Shown here piece by piece: positions 57,837 through 58,490 of a stretch of 58,490 bases of DNA. The stretch covers positions 62,001-120,490 of the forward strand of contig CAZPRK010000003.1 in the NCBI GenBank assembly GCA_964589485.1, given 5' to 3'. The position numbers and the translations under genes are program-made. The notes below the pieces were generated by a model. It searched no databases, was not told the origin of the DNA, and saw only the letters and a program-made list of their open reading frames with translations. Positions within the stretch are counted from its first letter, which is position 1. Each line of letters starts with the position of its first letter. The stretch is from an uncultured Methanosarcinales archaeon (lineage in GTDB: Archaea > Nanobdellota > Nanobdellia > Woesearchaeales > CAYSVS01).

Positions 57837-58378
57837 AGTTCATCATCTATTGTTCTCATAGGTTCAGTTCTTAGATAGTTCGCATCTTGTGCAACTTTTA
57901 GAAACGGTTCTTTAACATCTCGATGAAGTAGACTCAAAGTTACATAACTAGATGTACTAGGTATATCTCCATCTAGAGCACTATTTGTTGCTTGCTTTAT
58001 ATTTTCTTCAAGTCCATTAACTAAAGAACTAATTTCTTGGTCTAATTTAATACCCAAAGCTTTTGCTCCAATTTTAGCCTGGTGTAATGAAATTACTAAA
58101 TTACCATAGTCTTCTTTTTTTAGGTATTTTTCAGCTAAATCAAGATTAACTTTTACTTGTTCAGGTAAGCTTGAATTCCCTTTAGTAAGACTAACAACAT
58201 ATACTTCACTTTGATTAGGTAGTGAAAACTTTTCATCTCCAGTAAGCTCTTGTGTTTGTCCATCCTGTTTAATTGTATGAGTTGGACTTTTTGAATAACC
58301 TGCTTCATTTCCTTTAGGTAATGGAGATCCCCCTCCTTTAACAAAACCTGCTCCTCTATATCCTTGCATATAAATCAT
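57833..58378 (-). CDS. Hypothetical protein
   Basis: 181-aa ORF with a Gly-rich N-terminus and helical C-terminus. Confidence 0.6.
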   Translation of the reverse strand: MIYMQGYRGAGFVKGGGSPLPKGNEAGYSKSPTHTIKQDGQTQELTGDEKFSLPNQSEVYVVSLTKGNSSLPEQVKVNLDLAEKYLKKEDYGNLVISLHQAKIGAKALGIKLDQEISSLVNGLEENIKQATNSALDGDIPSTSSYVTLSLLHRDVKEPFLKVAQDANYLRTEPMRTIDDEL

Positions 58379-58490
58379 CCTCCATATAAAAAAACATAAG
58401 AAATCACTTAATGTTTTATAAATATTACGTTACTTTAGAACCCAAGTTTGACAGTTAAATAGAAAAGTGTCCTAAGTTTGTTTTAGGTTA

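Noticed and set aside
8507..58344. Remaining short nested or antisense ORFs in the track (e.g. 8507, 11879, 14676, 24555, 35847, 52371, 57269, 58153)
   Set aside because: They lie wholly within well-supported genes and have shadow-like composition.

Overview
Very AT-rich archaeal chromosome segment whose gene content and style point to a DPANN archaeon, most likely Woesearchaeota (inference from cdc6, LonB, Hel308, homodimeric GlyRS, archaeal-type IleRS, BHB-intron tRNAs, KAQ class III signal peptide and mostly leaderless TATA promoters). Housekeeping genes (glyS, ileS, cdc6, lonB, DEAD-box helicase, sppA, cyclophilin, pseudouridine synthase, coaE, citryl-CoA synthetase/lyase) and four tRNAs (Ile with two introns, Gln and Asn with one each, Ser without) alternate with accessory blocks. 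The ORF track misses a >2416-aa S8 protease (<1..7248, minus strand) and several small genes. The best candidates for undescribed systems are: (i) a 34-41 kb locus with an HTH/half-ABC fusion, a six-winged-helix protein and a divergent DUF4046-like + OPR/FASTK-like repeat + RAP protein, with a palindromic operator in the spacer; (ii) a 16.3-17.2 kb operon of micro-proteins and a PC4-like ssDNA-binding protein behind a structured leader and three TGTCCAGTG boxes; (iii) a three-gene operon divergent from cdc6 that ends in an EndoIV-like TIM barrel with a very large insertion. Also notable are a stand-alone C-terminal half of Hel308, a QueH with rewired metal ligands, an RHH-kinase pair and a 35-bp-period repeat at the tRNA-Ser 3' end. 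All family assignments come from reading motifs by eye; no searches were run.
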